Below are positions 16,358-25,525 of a stretch of DNA of 64,000 nt, one piece after another. Source of the DNA: an uncultured Candidatus Saccharibacteria bacterium (GTDB lineage: Bacteria; Patescibacteriota; Doudnabacteria; UBA920); assembly GCA_964436545.1 (NCBI GenBank), contig CAYTCJ010000002.1:110738-174737 (forward strand), given 5' to 3'. Position 1 is the stretch's first letter, and each line of letters starts with the position of its first letter. Made by a program: the position numbers and the translations under genes. The notes under the pieces were generated by a model that was given only the letters and a program-made list of their open reading frames with translations, was not told where the DNA came from and made no database searches.

Positions 16358-18070
16358 TTATTTCTTTACTTTCACCACGGCTTTCATAAACCCGGCAAAT
16401 AACGGATGCGGACTTAGCGGACGAGATTGGAATTCGGGATGAAACTGTGAGCCAATGAAAAAGGGGTGGTCTTTTAATTCAATAATTTCCACTAGTTTGC
16501 CGTCGGGCGTGGTGCCGGAAATAATTAAACCGGCGTTAACCAACTGTTCTCTAAATTCATTATTGAACTCATAGCGATGACGGTGCCTTTCGTTAATAAT
16601 CGGACTGCCGGTACTCTTTATAATCCCCGCTTCCAAGTAGGCCTTTTCCGTGTGTGTGCCTCTGGCAATTAAACACTCCCACCCACCTAAACGCATAGTC
16701 GCCCCATATTCACGTTTTAACAATTTCTTTTCTTGGTAAGGCATAATATGAATTACCGGAAAAGGAGTTTTGCCATCCACTTCCGTGGTGTTGGCATTTT
16801 TCAGTTTGGCCACATGCCTGGCAAACTCAATGGTAGCCATTTGCATACCATAACATAAACCCAAATAAGGAATGTTGTTTTCTCTGGCGTACTCAATTGT
16901 CTCTATCATACCTTCGGTTCCCCTACTCCCAAAACCACCGGGCACGACAATTCCATCGTAACTGTTTAAAACGGCTTTGGCACCTTTCTTCTCCACATCT
17001 AAACTGGAAATCCAGTGTAAATTGGCTTTTACATTATTTGCCCAAGCTCCATGTTTAATGGCTTCTACAACCGATATATACACATCGGAAAGTTTATAGG
17101 CGCCGGTTTCATAATATTTTCCCACTACGGCAATATTTACCGTATTGGTAGCCTCATTTAATTTAGTAATTTTATTGGCCAAATTTTCCCACTGCTTTAA
17201 ATCACGTTTTTTGGGTTTTAAATTGAATTTGGCTAAAATCTTATCGGTTAAACCTTGCTCGTCAAAACTTAAAGGCACTCGGTAAATACTGTCTACATTT
17301 GGAGCGGCAATAATATTTTCTGCCGGCACATTACAAGTCCAAGCCAAAGTTTCTTTTCGGCGGTCATCGATTTCATTTTCCGCTCGGGCAATTAAAAAAT
17401 CCGGTTGAATTCCGCTCCCAATTAATAGTCGAACCGAGGTTTGAGCCGGCTTGCTCTTCATTTCACCAATTGACGGCGGGGTGGGTAAATAAGCCACATG
17501 GATATGCACCACTTCACGACCGTCTCGGTATTTCATAATCCGGTTGGCTTCCATAAACAAAATATTTTGATACTCGCCCACCGTTCCCCCGATTTCCGCA
17601 ATCACAAAATCAGCTTGTCTTTCTTCCCCCGCCTTCTCCAGCCGAGCAATAATCTCCTCCGGCACATGCAAGGCCACTTCTACATCTTCGCCGTCATATT
17701 CAAAATTTCTTTCTTTCTGAATAATTTTTTGGTAAATTTGTCCATTGGTAACGTAATTAGAAGCGGATAAATCGGTATTCATAAACCGTTCATAATTGCC
17801 CACGTCTTGGTCGGTTTCCATCCCATCTTTGGTCACAAACACTTCCCCGTGTTCTTGGGGACGAATGGTACCGGCATCGACATTTAAGTAAGCGTCCATT
17901 TTTACCGGCGCCACCGTAAAACCGCGGGATTCCAGCAGGGTAGCCAAAGAGGCTGTAGTCACGCCTTTACCCACAGACGAAATTACTCCTCCGGAAATAA
18001 AAATAAATTTGGTGGCTAATTTTTTGGCTTTACGAGGCTGAATATGATAGGACATATAAACAATTTTCAA
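16358..18070 (-). CDS. pyrG: CTP synthase
   Basis: ISGGVISSVGKGVTTASLA P-loop region. Glutamine amidotransferase triad region (GLCYGMQ). The ORF track uses a TTG start. The ATG at 18053-18055 (MSYHIQ...) is more likely. Confidence 0.9.
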   Translation of the reverse strand: MKIVYMSYHIQPRKAKKLATKFIFISGGVISSVGKGVTTASLATLLESRGFTVAPVKMDAYLNVDAGTIRPQEHGEVFVTKDGMETDQDVGNYERFMNTDLSASNYVTNGQIYQKIIQKERNFEYDGEDVEVALHVPEEIIARLEKAGEERQADFVIAEIGGTVGEYQNILFMEANRIMKYRDGREVVHIHVAYLPTPPSIGEMKSKPAQTSVRLLIGSGIQPDFLIARAENEIDDRRKETLAWTCNVPAENIIAAPNVDSIYRVPLSFDEQGLTDKILAKFNLKPKKRDLKQWENLANKITKLNEATNTVNIAVVGKYYETGAYKLSDVYISVVEAIKHGAWANNVKANLHWISSLDVEKKGAKAVLNSYDGIVVPGGFGSRGTEGMIETIEYARENNIPYLGLCYGMQMATIEFARHVAKLKNANTTEVDGKTPFPVIHIMPYQEKKLLKREYGATMRLGGWECLIARGTHTEKAYLEAGIIKSTGSPIINERHRHRYEFNNEFREQLVNAGLIISGTTPDGKLVEIIELKDHPFFIGSQFHPEFQSRPLSPHPLFAGFMKAVVKVKK

Positions 18071-18073
18071 TAA

Positions 18074-18295
18074 TTAATTTTCAATTTTCAATAAATTAGT
18101 TTGAACTTTGTGTTTTTCCGGTAGAATAATTTCTACTTGATTTTCATTCAACTCTCTTTGCTCAGTTTCATAATTGCGAATTTGGACTAATACTGCCAAC
18201 GCTATTCCACTGGCCACCAAAACAAAAATTAAAATTAACAACAAACTTCTAATACGTTGGTTGGCTTGCAAGTAATTATCAAGATCGGTTGGCAT
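18074..18295 (-). CDS. Small single-TM protein (73 aa)
   Basis: One hydrophobic helix (LLLILIFVLVASGIALAVLV). It lies between pyrG and rplI on the same strand. Confidence 0.35.
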   Translation of the reverse strand: MPTDLDNYLQANQRIRSLLLILIFVLVASGIALAVLVQIRNYETEQRELNENQVEIILPEKHKVQTNLLKIEN

Positions 18296-18745
18296 TTATT
18301 CGGCTGGTTTAATTAATAATTTTAAAGTAGCGGTTATTTGCGTTCCAAAATTAACTTTACAACTATACTCACCTAAAGCTTTAATGGGCTGAGAAAAACG
18401 AATTTGAGACTTTTCCACTACCACTCCCAAATCTTTACTTAAACTTTCCGCCACATCTTTTTCTCTTAGACTGCCAAAAATTTGCCCTTTCTCCCCCACC
18501 TTAACTTTTAAAGTTAAGGTGCGCTTTTCCGTTTCAGTTTTTAATTTTTGGAGTAAATGAAGATGTTTTTCTAATTTTTGCTTAGCTTCTTGTTGTTCTT
18601 TTTCCACTTTAGCCATAAGGGGCGCCGTTGCCACCACGGCAAAGCCTTTGGCAATTAAAAAATTTTGTGCGTAACCGTCGGCCACTTCTTTTATTTCCCC
18701 GACTTTTCCGCCTCCGGGTTGATTTTTAACAAATAATACTTTCAT
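18296..18745 (-). CDS. rplI: Ribosomal protein L9
   Basis: [36 protein letters not shown] is the L9 N-domain signature. 149 aa. Confidence 0.85.
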   Translation of the reverse strand: MKVLFVKNQPGGGKVGEIKEVADGYAQNFLIAKGFAVVATAPLMAKVEKEQQEAKQKLEKHLHLLQKLKTETEKRTLTLKVKVGEKGQIFGSLREKDVAESLSKDLGVVVEKSQIRFSQPIKALGEYSCKVNFGTQITATLKLLIKPAE

Positions 18746-18756
18746 AAAAAATAAAA

Positions 18757-18797
18757 AACTCTCTTTCGCTAGTTAGCAGATTAAGAGAGTCCTTTTG
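18757..18797 (-). terminator. Intrinsic terminator downstream of ftsX (minus strand)
   Basis: On the minus strand: AAAAGGACTCTCTT-loop-AAGAGAGTTTTTT. Confidence 0.5.
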
Positions 18798-18903
18798 ACA
18801 TTTAGGCAATTCCTATTTTGGGCTCTTTATTAGTATAGTCTAAAATTTATTTTTGTCAAATATATAACCTGCGCTGTGCGTAAGCCCTAAAATAACAAAT
18901 TCT

Positions 18904-19815
18904 TTAAATAAGTAAATATTTTCTAATAGCTAAAAAGGTGGAAACCACCGATAAAACCAAAGCAATAATAAACAATAAACCTACCAATAGCCAAAAATTA
19001 ATTAAACCCGACTCATTCGCACTTACAGAAATAAAATTCATTAAACCCGACAAGGGCTTAGAATAAATGGGGGCTAATAAACCCGCGGTAAACAGCGTGG
19101 CAGTTAAACTATATAATCCGCTTTCCACAATAAACGGGGTGCGAATATACCAATTGGTAGCTCCTACCAAACGCATAATTTCAACTTCTTCTTTACGGTT
19201 AAAAATCGTCAGACGGATGGTATTAAACATAACCAAAATCGCAATGGAAGAAAAAACCAAAACCAAACCCAAGCCAAAACTCACCACAAATTGCAAAATT
19301 TTGGTTAACCGTTCAATAATTTCTTTATTGTCGTTATAATTAATTTTGTCTATAAAACCCGAAAAACTTCCGGCTTTAATTTTTTCCGCCAAAATGGGAA
19401 AATCGCCCAAATTATTGGCTTTTATTCGCAAAGTAGCTAACAACGGATTTTCGTCCACCTCGCTTAGAGCCGATAAAATTTGCGTATTATTGGCGTGCCT
19501 AGCCTTAAATGTCTCCAAAGCGGTTTGAGCCGAAACATAAGTTACTTCTTTAACCAAAACCTCTTCCTCAATACTTTTTTTTATATCTAAAATTCTCTCC
19601 TCAGCCAATCCCTTTTTTAAATAAACACTAATATCCACCCTTTGCTTAATGGCAGAAACACTCATACTGGCTAAACTAAAAATTAGAATCAATAAAGCGA
19701 AAGTCAGTAAGGTTACCGTCATCACCAAGCTCGCCGAAACCGATAAAATCCAATTCCGAGTAAAATTACTTACTCCACTTTTTAGGATTCTGATTAAAGA
19801 AATTCTGTTTAGCAT
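18904..19815 (-). CDS. ftsX: Cell-division ABC transporter permease FtsX
   Basis: FtsX topology (TM1, large periplasmic loop, three C-terminal TMs). Immediately downstream of ftsE. Confidence 0.8.
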   Translation of the reverse strand: MLNRISLIRILKSGVSNFTRNWILSVSASLVMTVTLLTFALLILIFSLASMSVSAIKQRVDISVYLKKGLAEERILDIKKSIEEEVLVKEVTYVSAQTALETFKARHANNTQILSALSEVDENPLLATLRIKANNLGDFPILAEKIKAGSFSGFIDKINYNDNKEIIERLTKILQFVVSFGLGLVLVFSSIAILVMFNTIRLTIFNRKEEVEIMRLVGATNWYIRTPFIVESGLYSLTATLFTAGLLAPIYSKPLSGLMNFISVSANESGLINFWLLVGLLFIIALVLSVVSTFLAIRKYLLI

Positions 19816-19918
19816 AAAAACAACAGGAGTTAAAAAAAATTAATAAATTACAAAAGTGAATTTTACAAATTTGTCATCTTACCCAATTTACTGATTGCTG
19901 ATTAGCTGATTGCTATTC

Positions 19919-20596
19919 TTACAATTTATACTTTCCCTTTTCTTGCTCCATGGTGATTTTACCATTTTCTAAAGTAATTACCCGTCTCTGAATTTTATTA
20001 ACCAAATCCGCAGCATGAGTGGCTAATAACACGGTAGTGCCTAACCGATTGATTTTTAAAAGTAATTCCAAAATTTCATTCGCATTGACTTCATCTAAAT
20101 TTCCCGTAGGTTCATCGGCCAACAATAACACCGGTCTATGAGCCAAAGCGCGGGCAATGGCCACGCGTTGTTTTTCTCCACCCGACATTTCATTGGGAAA
20201 ATTATTGCGCTTATGCACCAAACCCACCAAATCTAAAATTTTAGGCACATCTTGCTGAATTTTTTCATTCTCATAGCCACACACTTCCATAGCAAAGGCA
20301 ATGTTTTCAAAAGCCGTTCTCCTAGGTAGGAGTTTAATGTCTTGAAACACAAACCCGATTTTCCTGCGTAAAAAAGGAATATCACTTTCTTCCACGGTCT
20401 TTAAATCGATTCCGTCAATTAATATTTTACCTTCATCGGCTTTTTCTTCGCCAATAATTAACTTTAAAAAAGTGGATTTACCCGCCCCCGAAAGCCCAAC
20501 CATGGAAATAAATTCACCTTGGTTAATTTCCATATTTAACTTATCTAAAGCTTTGGTGGGACCGTAGTATTTAGTGACATTAATAAATTTAATCAT
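19919..20596 (-). CDS. ftsE: Cell-division ABC transporter ATPase FtsE
   Basis: Walker A GLSGAGKST, ABC signature LSGGEKQRVAIARAL, Walker B LLLADEPTGNLD. 225 aa. Confidence 0.85.
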   Translation of the reverse strand: MIKFINVTKYYGPTKALDKLNMEINQGEFISMVGLSGAGKSTFLKLIIGEEKADEGKILIDGIDLKTVEESDIPFLRRKIGFVFQDIKLLPRRTAFENIAFAMEVCGYENEKIQQDVPKILDLVGLVHKRNNFPNEMSGGEKQRVAIARALAHRPVLLLADEPTGNLDEVNANEILELLLKINRLGTTVLLATHAADLVNKIQRRVITLENGKITMEQEKGKYKL

Positions 20597-20720
20597 AAAT
20601 CACAGATTCACCGATTAGCACTGATTACACAGATGTAAAACATTAATCTTTAACCAAATAAATTATACCAGATTTAAATACTTAATAACAGAAAAAAGTA
20701 TTTTTTGATAAATATATGTG

Positions 20721-21821
20721 TTATCTGTTTATATTCTGTGAATCTGTGGTCATCTCTAAATATTTTTCCACAAATTCCCCTAACTCACCGTCTAAAACAG
20801 CATCGGGATTGGTAGATTCAAATTCAGTGCGATGATCTTTAACCAACTTATACGGATGAATCACATAACTTCGAATTTGATTGCCCCATTCCGCACTTTT
20901 AAACTCCCCGCGTAATTCTTGTTTTTCTTTTTGCAATTTTTCCTCTTCCAAAGCTTTGAGCTTAGCCATTAAAATTTTCATTGCCACTTGACGATTTTGG
21001 TGTTGACTTCTTTCGTTTTGAATGGAAACCTTAATACCGGTAGGGATATGCGTAATCCGAATGGCACTATAAGTGGTATTTACGCTTTGTCCCCCATGAC
21101 CGCTGGCAGTATTGGCTTCAATTTTTAAATCTTTTTCGTCAATTTTTAATTCTTCCTTTTCTTCTAAAAGGGGGAGTAATTCTAACAGCGCAAAACTGGT
21201 TTCGCGAGTATGCGCCGGATTAAAGGGACTTAAACGCACCAAACGGTGCACTCCGGCTTCGCTTTTAAACAAGCCGTAAGCATACGGGCCTTTTACCTCT
21301 ACCACCGCGGTTTTTACTCCGCCTTGCTCGCCCTTAGCCAATTCCAAAATTTCCGTACTAAAACCTTGTTTTTCCGCATACCTTAAAAACATTCTAAGGA
21401 GCATGCTGGCCCAATCCTGCGCATCCACTCCCCCGGCTCCGCTGTGAATGGAAAATATGGCGTTATGATCATCGTATTTTTTACTCAAGAGTGCCACAAA
21501 CCGATTTTTTTTGTATCTTGCTTCTAATTCATCAATTTGCTGTTTTATGTAATCCAAATCCGTGTGCTCAGATCCGCGTAGCAAATCCGCAACCAGATCC
21601 GCCTCACTCTCAAGCGCGATCCAGAAATCATAAAATTTTTTCAACTGATTATACTCCTGACTCACTTTTTGCGCGTGCTGATTATCTTGCCAAAAATCCG
21701 CCGATTGCATCGCATCTTCCAATTCTAAAAGCCGTTGCTCTTTTTGGGGCAAATTTAAGTGAGATTTCAAATTTAAAATTTCAGATTTAAGCTTGTCTAA
21801 ACGTTTGATTAATTCGTTCAC
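20721..21821 (-). CDS. prfB: Peptide chain release factor 2, encoded in a single frame (no programmed +1 frameshift)
   Basis: SPF motif (RLSPFN) and GGQ motif (GHGGQSVNTT). 366 aa continuous. Confidence 0.85.
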   Translation of the reverse strand: MNELIKRLDKLKSEILNLKSHLNLPQKEQRLLELEDAMQSADFWQDNQHAQKVSQEYNQLKKFYDFWIALESEADLVADLLRGSEHTDLDYIKQQIDELEARYKKNRFVALLSKKYDDHNAIFSIHSGAGGVDAQDWASMLLRMFLRYAEKQGFSTEILELAKGEQGGVKTAVVEVKGPYAYGLFKSEAGVHRLVRLSPFNPAHTRETSFALLELLPLLEEKEELKIDEKDLKIEANTASGHGGQSVNTTYSAIRITHIPTGIKVSIQNERSQHQNRQVAMKILMAKLKALEEEKLQKEKQELRGEFKSAEWGNQIRSYVIHPYKLVKDHRTEFESTNPDAVLDGELGEFVEKYLEMTTDSQNINR

Positions 21822-21989
21822 AAAACAGTGTTAATTGGTCTTAACAATTCTCATTATAGCAAAAATTTAAAAACGGGTATTTTACTACAAAAATAAAAAT
21901 TTGTCAATCCTGCCATTTTTTAAGAGCCTTGTCTTTTTGGTCAGGTATGAAAAAATTATTATAGCAGGGCAAACTATACCCAAACCCTG

Positions 21990-22292
21990 CTACCAGCCCC
22001 AAGGAGGGCAAAATGAAATTTTGGATTTTTTGTATCGGGGTAGAAGTTTTTGGTCTGGCGCTTCGCGCCATGGCCTACGACTTCGGAGCGGAGGGTTGGA
22101 ACACCTTCCGCACCAACGGGGCGGTGGCAAACCACGTGGTTTGCAACTTTTTCCTCGCCCCAGCCGGCCTCTGGGCCGGCGCCATGTTGTGGATGGTCCG
22201 CCGACACTGGCGGTGACCACCACAAACGGCCGAATACAAAAACTCGGCCGTACCTTTAAGCATTATTTCCGCCTGAGAGCGGGTTTTTTATT
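21990..22292 (+). other. GC-rich island of about 300 bp made of consecutive perfect hairpins and ending in an intrinsic terminator (22269-22290)
   Basis: At least seven perfect stems (GGCGC-ttc-GCGCC, GCAAAC-CACGTG-GTTTGC, GCCGGCC-tctg-GGCCGGC, ACGGCCGA-n10-TCGGCCGT and others). All six frames are open. GC content is much higher than the genome. Confidence 0.5.
22013..22216 (+). CDS. Candidate 67-aa two-TM small protein with a strong Shine-Dalgarno sequence (AAGGAGGG, 5-nt spacer). Alternatively part of a structured RNA
   Basis: Strong RBS plus ATG. Two hydrophobic segments. A terminator lies downstream. It sits inside the hairpin-rich GC island. Confidence 0.3.
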   Translation: MKFWIFCIGVEVFGLALRAMAYDFGAEGWNTFRTNGAVANHVVCNFFLAPAGLWAGAMLWMVRRHWR

Positions 22293-22833
22293 TAACTACC
22301 CACAAAGCGCCGGAAAGAAACACATAAATACCTAAAGTATTCAGACAAAAAACTAAAAATAAAAACCGATACTTGGGCATATTACCAATACCCATAAGCC
22401 CAATACCAATTTCATCCGGCAACGGCAAAATAATAAAGATGGCACCTATAATGGGCATTAACCACCGCATCGCCCGAATTTTAAAAATTTTTCCCATTTC
22501 CAATTTAAAAAATTTTCCCGCCAACAACCGCCATTCTGCCCATAATCCGTGCTTTAAAAATCTTAAAATGTAATAATCGCTCACCATGGCCCCCAGCCCG
22601 CCAAAAACACTTAGAGAGAGCAAACTAAACATGTCGGTCATTTCATACAACATAAAAAATCCGGCCGGAGCGGTAAAGAAAGAAGCGGTAAACATACCGG
22701 AGACAAATATCCCCCCTACCCTTAATTCACCCGCCAACCTTGCCAAGGCATGAAAAACACCATAAGCTTCGCCTAAAATGCCCACTCCCAGCAACAGTAA
22801 AAATAATAAAGTATTGGGATAAGTTTTAATCAT
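22288..22833 (-). CDS. Integral membrane protein (181 aa, about 5 TM)
   Basis: Hydrophobic throughout. No family recognised. Overlaps the ATPase gene start by 8 nt. Confidence 0.5.
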   Translation of the reverse strand: MIKTYPNTLLFLLLLGVGILGEAYGVFHALARLAGELRVGGIFVSGMFTASFFTAPAGFFMLYEMTDMFSLLSLSVFGGLGAMVSDYYILRFLKHGLWAEWRLLAGKFFKLEMGKIFKIRAMRWLMPIIGAIFIILPLPDEIGIGLMGIGNMPKYRFLFLVFCLNTLGIYVFLSGALWVVK

Positions 22834-25525
22834 GCAATAATTTTTGGTTTAAGATTTTTTTGGTAATTTCCAAAATGGGAATAATTGTAGAGGAAATTAA
22901 AACCAACCCCATCCAAGTCTGGCCCTCTAAGCGGGTGGTGGAAAAAATCGTCTGAAAACCGCTTAAGTGCGTAAGGCTCCATAAAAACGGCAACTGCACA
23001 AGAATAGACAAGTTTAACCACTGATTATTGAAAACTCCTTGAAAAAATCCCTCTCGGTCATTTTTTAAAGCCAAAGCTTTAAATAGTTGAATAAGAATTA
23101 AAGACACAAACGTGGCTGTGCCCGCATACTCTAAATTGTCGGTAAATTTCCAAAAATATAAAAAGATAAAAATATTTAACACCGTGGTCCACACGGCAGC
23201 AACCAACATATAAACTAAAGCGCGAGTGTTAAAAATGCCGGCCTGAGGATTTCTGGGTTTTTCCGACATAACACTCAAACTGCCCTTTTCCGCAGACAAA
23301 GCCAAAGCCGGCGGACCGTCGGAAGCCAAATTCACAAATAAAATTTGCACCGAAGTTAAAGGTAAAGGCCAACCCAATACCACAGCCAAAGCAATTAACA
23401 CCACTTCACCCACATGGGCGGATAACAAATAAGTTAAATATTTACGAATATTGCCAAAAATTATTCGCCCCTGCTCCACGGCGGAAACAATGGTGGCAAA
23501 ATTGTCATCTAGTAAAGTAATCGCTGCCGATTCTTTAGAGACATCTGTCCCTTTTATGCCCATAGCCACTCCAATATCCGCTTGTTTTAAGGCGGGCGCA
23601 TCATTTACCCCATCGCCGGTCATAGCCACCACTTCTCCCTGTTTTTGCAACACGCTGACAATTTTCAATTTATCTTCCGGTGAAACCCGAGCAAAAATAT
23701 TGGTACGTTTTAAAACCACTTCCAATTCTTTTGCCGGCATATGCATTAATTCTTTACCGCTTACAACCGTGTCGGTTTCTGTAATAATCCCTAATTCCAA
23801 ACCAATGGCTTTGGCAGTTTGCGGATGGTCGCCGGTAATCATAATTACCCGAATACCGGCATTTTTACACACCGCCACCGCTGTCTTGGCTTCGGGTCTT
23901 AAAGTATCCGCCATAGCCACCAAACCTAAAAATTCCAAATTATGGGGCGTGGCTTTTAAATCTTTTAAAGTATGATTTTTAGCCAAAGCAATCACTCGCC
24001 TGCCGGCTTGAGCGGATTTTTCAGTTGCCTGCAAAAATTCTTGTTTGTGCTGATCGGAAAACTTTATTGGTGAGCCCTGACTGTTATAAATATAATCGCA
24101 CATTTCCAAAACCGCCTCTACCGCGCCTTTCACATAGACGGTTTGGCCTTGAGCTGAAGCATGCAAAGTCGCCATATATTTTTTTTCCGAGGTAAAGGGA
24201 ATTTCTTCCAAACGAGGAAATTGACTAACTAAATCTTCCTTACTGATTTTTGCTTTTCGGCCGGCAACAATAATGGCCCCTTCTGTGGCATCCCCCATTA
24301 CCTGCCATTGGTTATCCGCAAAAACCAAATCGGCATCGGCACACAAACAACCAGCCACTAACAATTGGGTTAAATCGTCGGGTAAAATTGTGACAACATT
24401 TTTATGATAAAAAATTTCACCTTCCGGACTAAAGCCGGCTCCGGCAAACACATACTCCCCTTGGGGGGTTATTACACTTTTAACTGTCATTTCGTCTTTG
24501 GTTAGGGTGCCGGTTTTATCGGTGCAAATTACCGAAGTACAACCCAAAGTTTCCACCACAGGCAAACTTTTGGTTAAAGCGTGTTTTTTGGCAATCTTCG
24601 CCGCTCCTAAAGCTAAAGATACGCTCACGACCGCCACCAAAGCCTCGGGTACCACTGCTACGGCCAAAGAGAGCCCAAACAAAAACATTTGCGTTAAAGA
24701 TTGCTCGTGCCAGACACCCAACAACACAATTAGACTTACCACCACCAGAGCCAAAATCCCAAGTTTCTTACCTAAACTGTCTAAATTTTTTTGCAAAGGC
24801 GTTTTTTCCGGATTCACCCTCTTTAGCATACCGGCAATTTTGCCAATTTCCGTATTCATGCCTGTGGCCACCACCAAACCCACCCCCCGACCATATATAG
24901 CCAAAGTCCCGGCAAAAACTAAATTAGTTCTGTCTGCCAAAGGAGTTTCGGGACTATGCACTCTGCCTGCATTTTTTTCTGCCGGCACCGACTCCCCGGT
25001 AAGCATGGCCTCCTCCACCTGCAAATTATAACTTTCTACTAAACGACAATCGGCATTTAACCGATTCCCCGCGGTAATTATCAATAAATCACCCGGAACA
25101 ATTTGGGTAGATAAAATTTCTTCGGTCCTCCCCTCGCGGATCACTAAACTTTTCGGCACAGCAAATTTTTTTAAGCCCGCTAAAGATTTTTCGGCTTTAT
25201 ATTCTTGAATCAAACCTAAAACCGCGGAAGCCAAAACAATCGTCATAATAGCGCCCATTTCCACCCAATGCCCCAACACCCCCGACAAAATACTTGCCAA
25301 AATTAAAATAATCACCAAAATATTTTTAAATTGCTGAAAAAATATTTTAGCCAAGCTTATGGGTTTTTTCGCTTCAATTTCATTGGGTCCCCATTTTAGC
25401 CATCGCTCACAAGCCACGGTCTTACTTAAGCCCGAACTTTTATGGGAAGCCAAAGCTTTTACAGCTTCCTCAACCGATAAATTATGCCAGAATTCATTCT
25501 TCATACTACTGATTATTTTAGCCAT
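22826..25525 (-). CDS. P-type cation-transporting ATPase (type IIA Ca2+/Mg2+-like)
   Basis: DKTGTLT phosphorylation motif, TGDGVNDAPAL hinge, N-terminal cation-ATPase domain. 899 aa with 10 predicted TMs. Confidence 0.9.
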   Translation of the reverse strand: MAKIISSMKNEFWHNLSVEEAVKALASHKSSGLSKTVACERWLKWGPNEIEAKKPISLAKIFFQQFKNILVIILILASILSGVLGHWVEMGAIMTIVLASAVLGLIQEYKAEKSLAGLKKFAVPKSLVIREGRTEEILSTQIVPGDLLIITAGNRLNADCRLVESYNLQVEEAMLTGESVPAEKNAGRVHSPETPLADRTNLVFAGTLAIYGRGVGLVVATGMNTEIGKIAGMLKRVNPEKTPLQKNLDSLGKKLGILALVVVSLIVLLGVWHEQSLTQMFLFGLSLAVAVVPEALVAVVSVSLALGAAKIAKKHALTKSLPVVETLGCTSVICTDKTGTLTKDEMTVKSVITPQGEYVFAGAGFSPEGEIFYHKNVVTILPDDLTQLLVAGCLCADADLVFADNQWQVMGDATEGAIIVAGRKAKISKEDLVSQFPRLEEIPFTSEKKYMATLHASAQGQTVYVKGAVEAVLEMCDYIYNSQGSPIKFSDQHKQEFLQATEKSAQAGRRVIALAKNHTLKDLKATPHNLEFLGLVAMADTLRPEAKTAVAVCKNAGIRVIMITGDHPQTAKAIGLELGIITETDTVVSGKELMHMPAKELEVVLKRTNIFARVSPEDKLKIVSVLQKQGEVVAMTGDGVNDAPALKQADIGVAMGIKGTDVSKESAAITLLDDNFATIVSAVEQGRIIFGNIRKYLTYLLSAHVGEVVLIALAVVLGWPLPLTSVQILFVNLASDGPPALALSAEKGSLSVMSEKPRNPQAGIFNTRALVYMLVAAVWTTVLNIFIFLYFWKFTDNLEYAGTATFVSLILIQLFKALALKNDREGFFQGVFNNQWLNLSILVQLPFLWSLTHLSGFQTIFSTTRLEGQTWMGLVLISSTIIPILEITKKILNQKLLHD

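Noticed and set aside
16358-18070. Extended N-termini in the ORF track (pyrG, M23 peptidase, lemA, tmk, rplA, exonuclease, DUF559)
   Set aside because: The track appears to accept TTG/GTG starts and the longest frame. Internal ATGs that follow promoter-like elements or repeat leaders are more plausible. This is noted per feature rather than treated as biology.
20721-21821. Looked for the programmed +1 frameshift site in prfB
   Set aside because: RF2 (SPF and GGQ motifs) is encoded in one continuous 366-aa frame with no internal in-frame stop near codon 25. No frameshift is present.
21901-22335. Stack of overlapping ORFs in five frames (144, 83, 77, 69, 62 aa)
   Set aside because: Multi-frame openness follows from the local GC richness (few stop codons). 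Only the 22013-22216 frame has a start signal.
23451-25031. Plus-strand ORFs 23451-23975 and 24498-25031
   Set aside because: They are antisense to the well-supported 899-aa P-type ATPase gene. Similar antisense frames occur within pyrG, mreB, gatB, mrdA and others and were ignored for the same reason.
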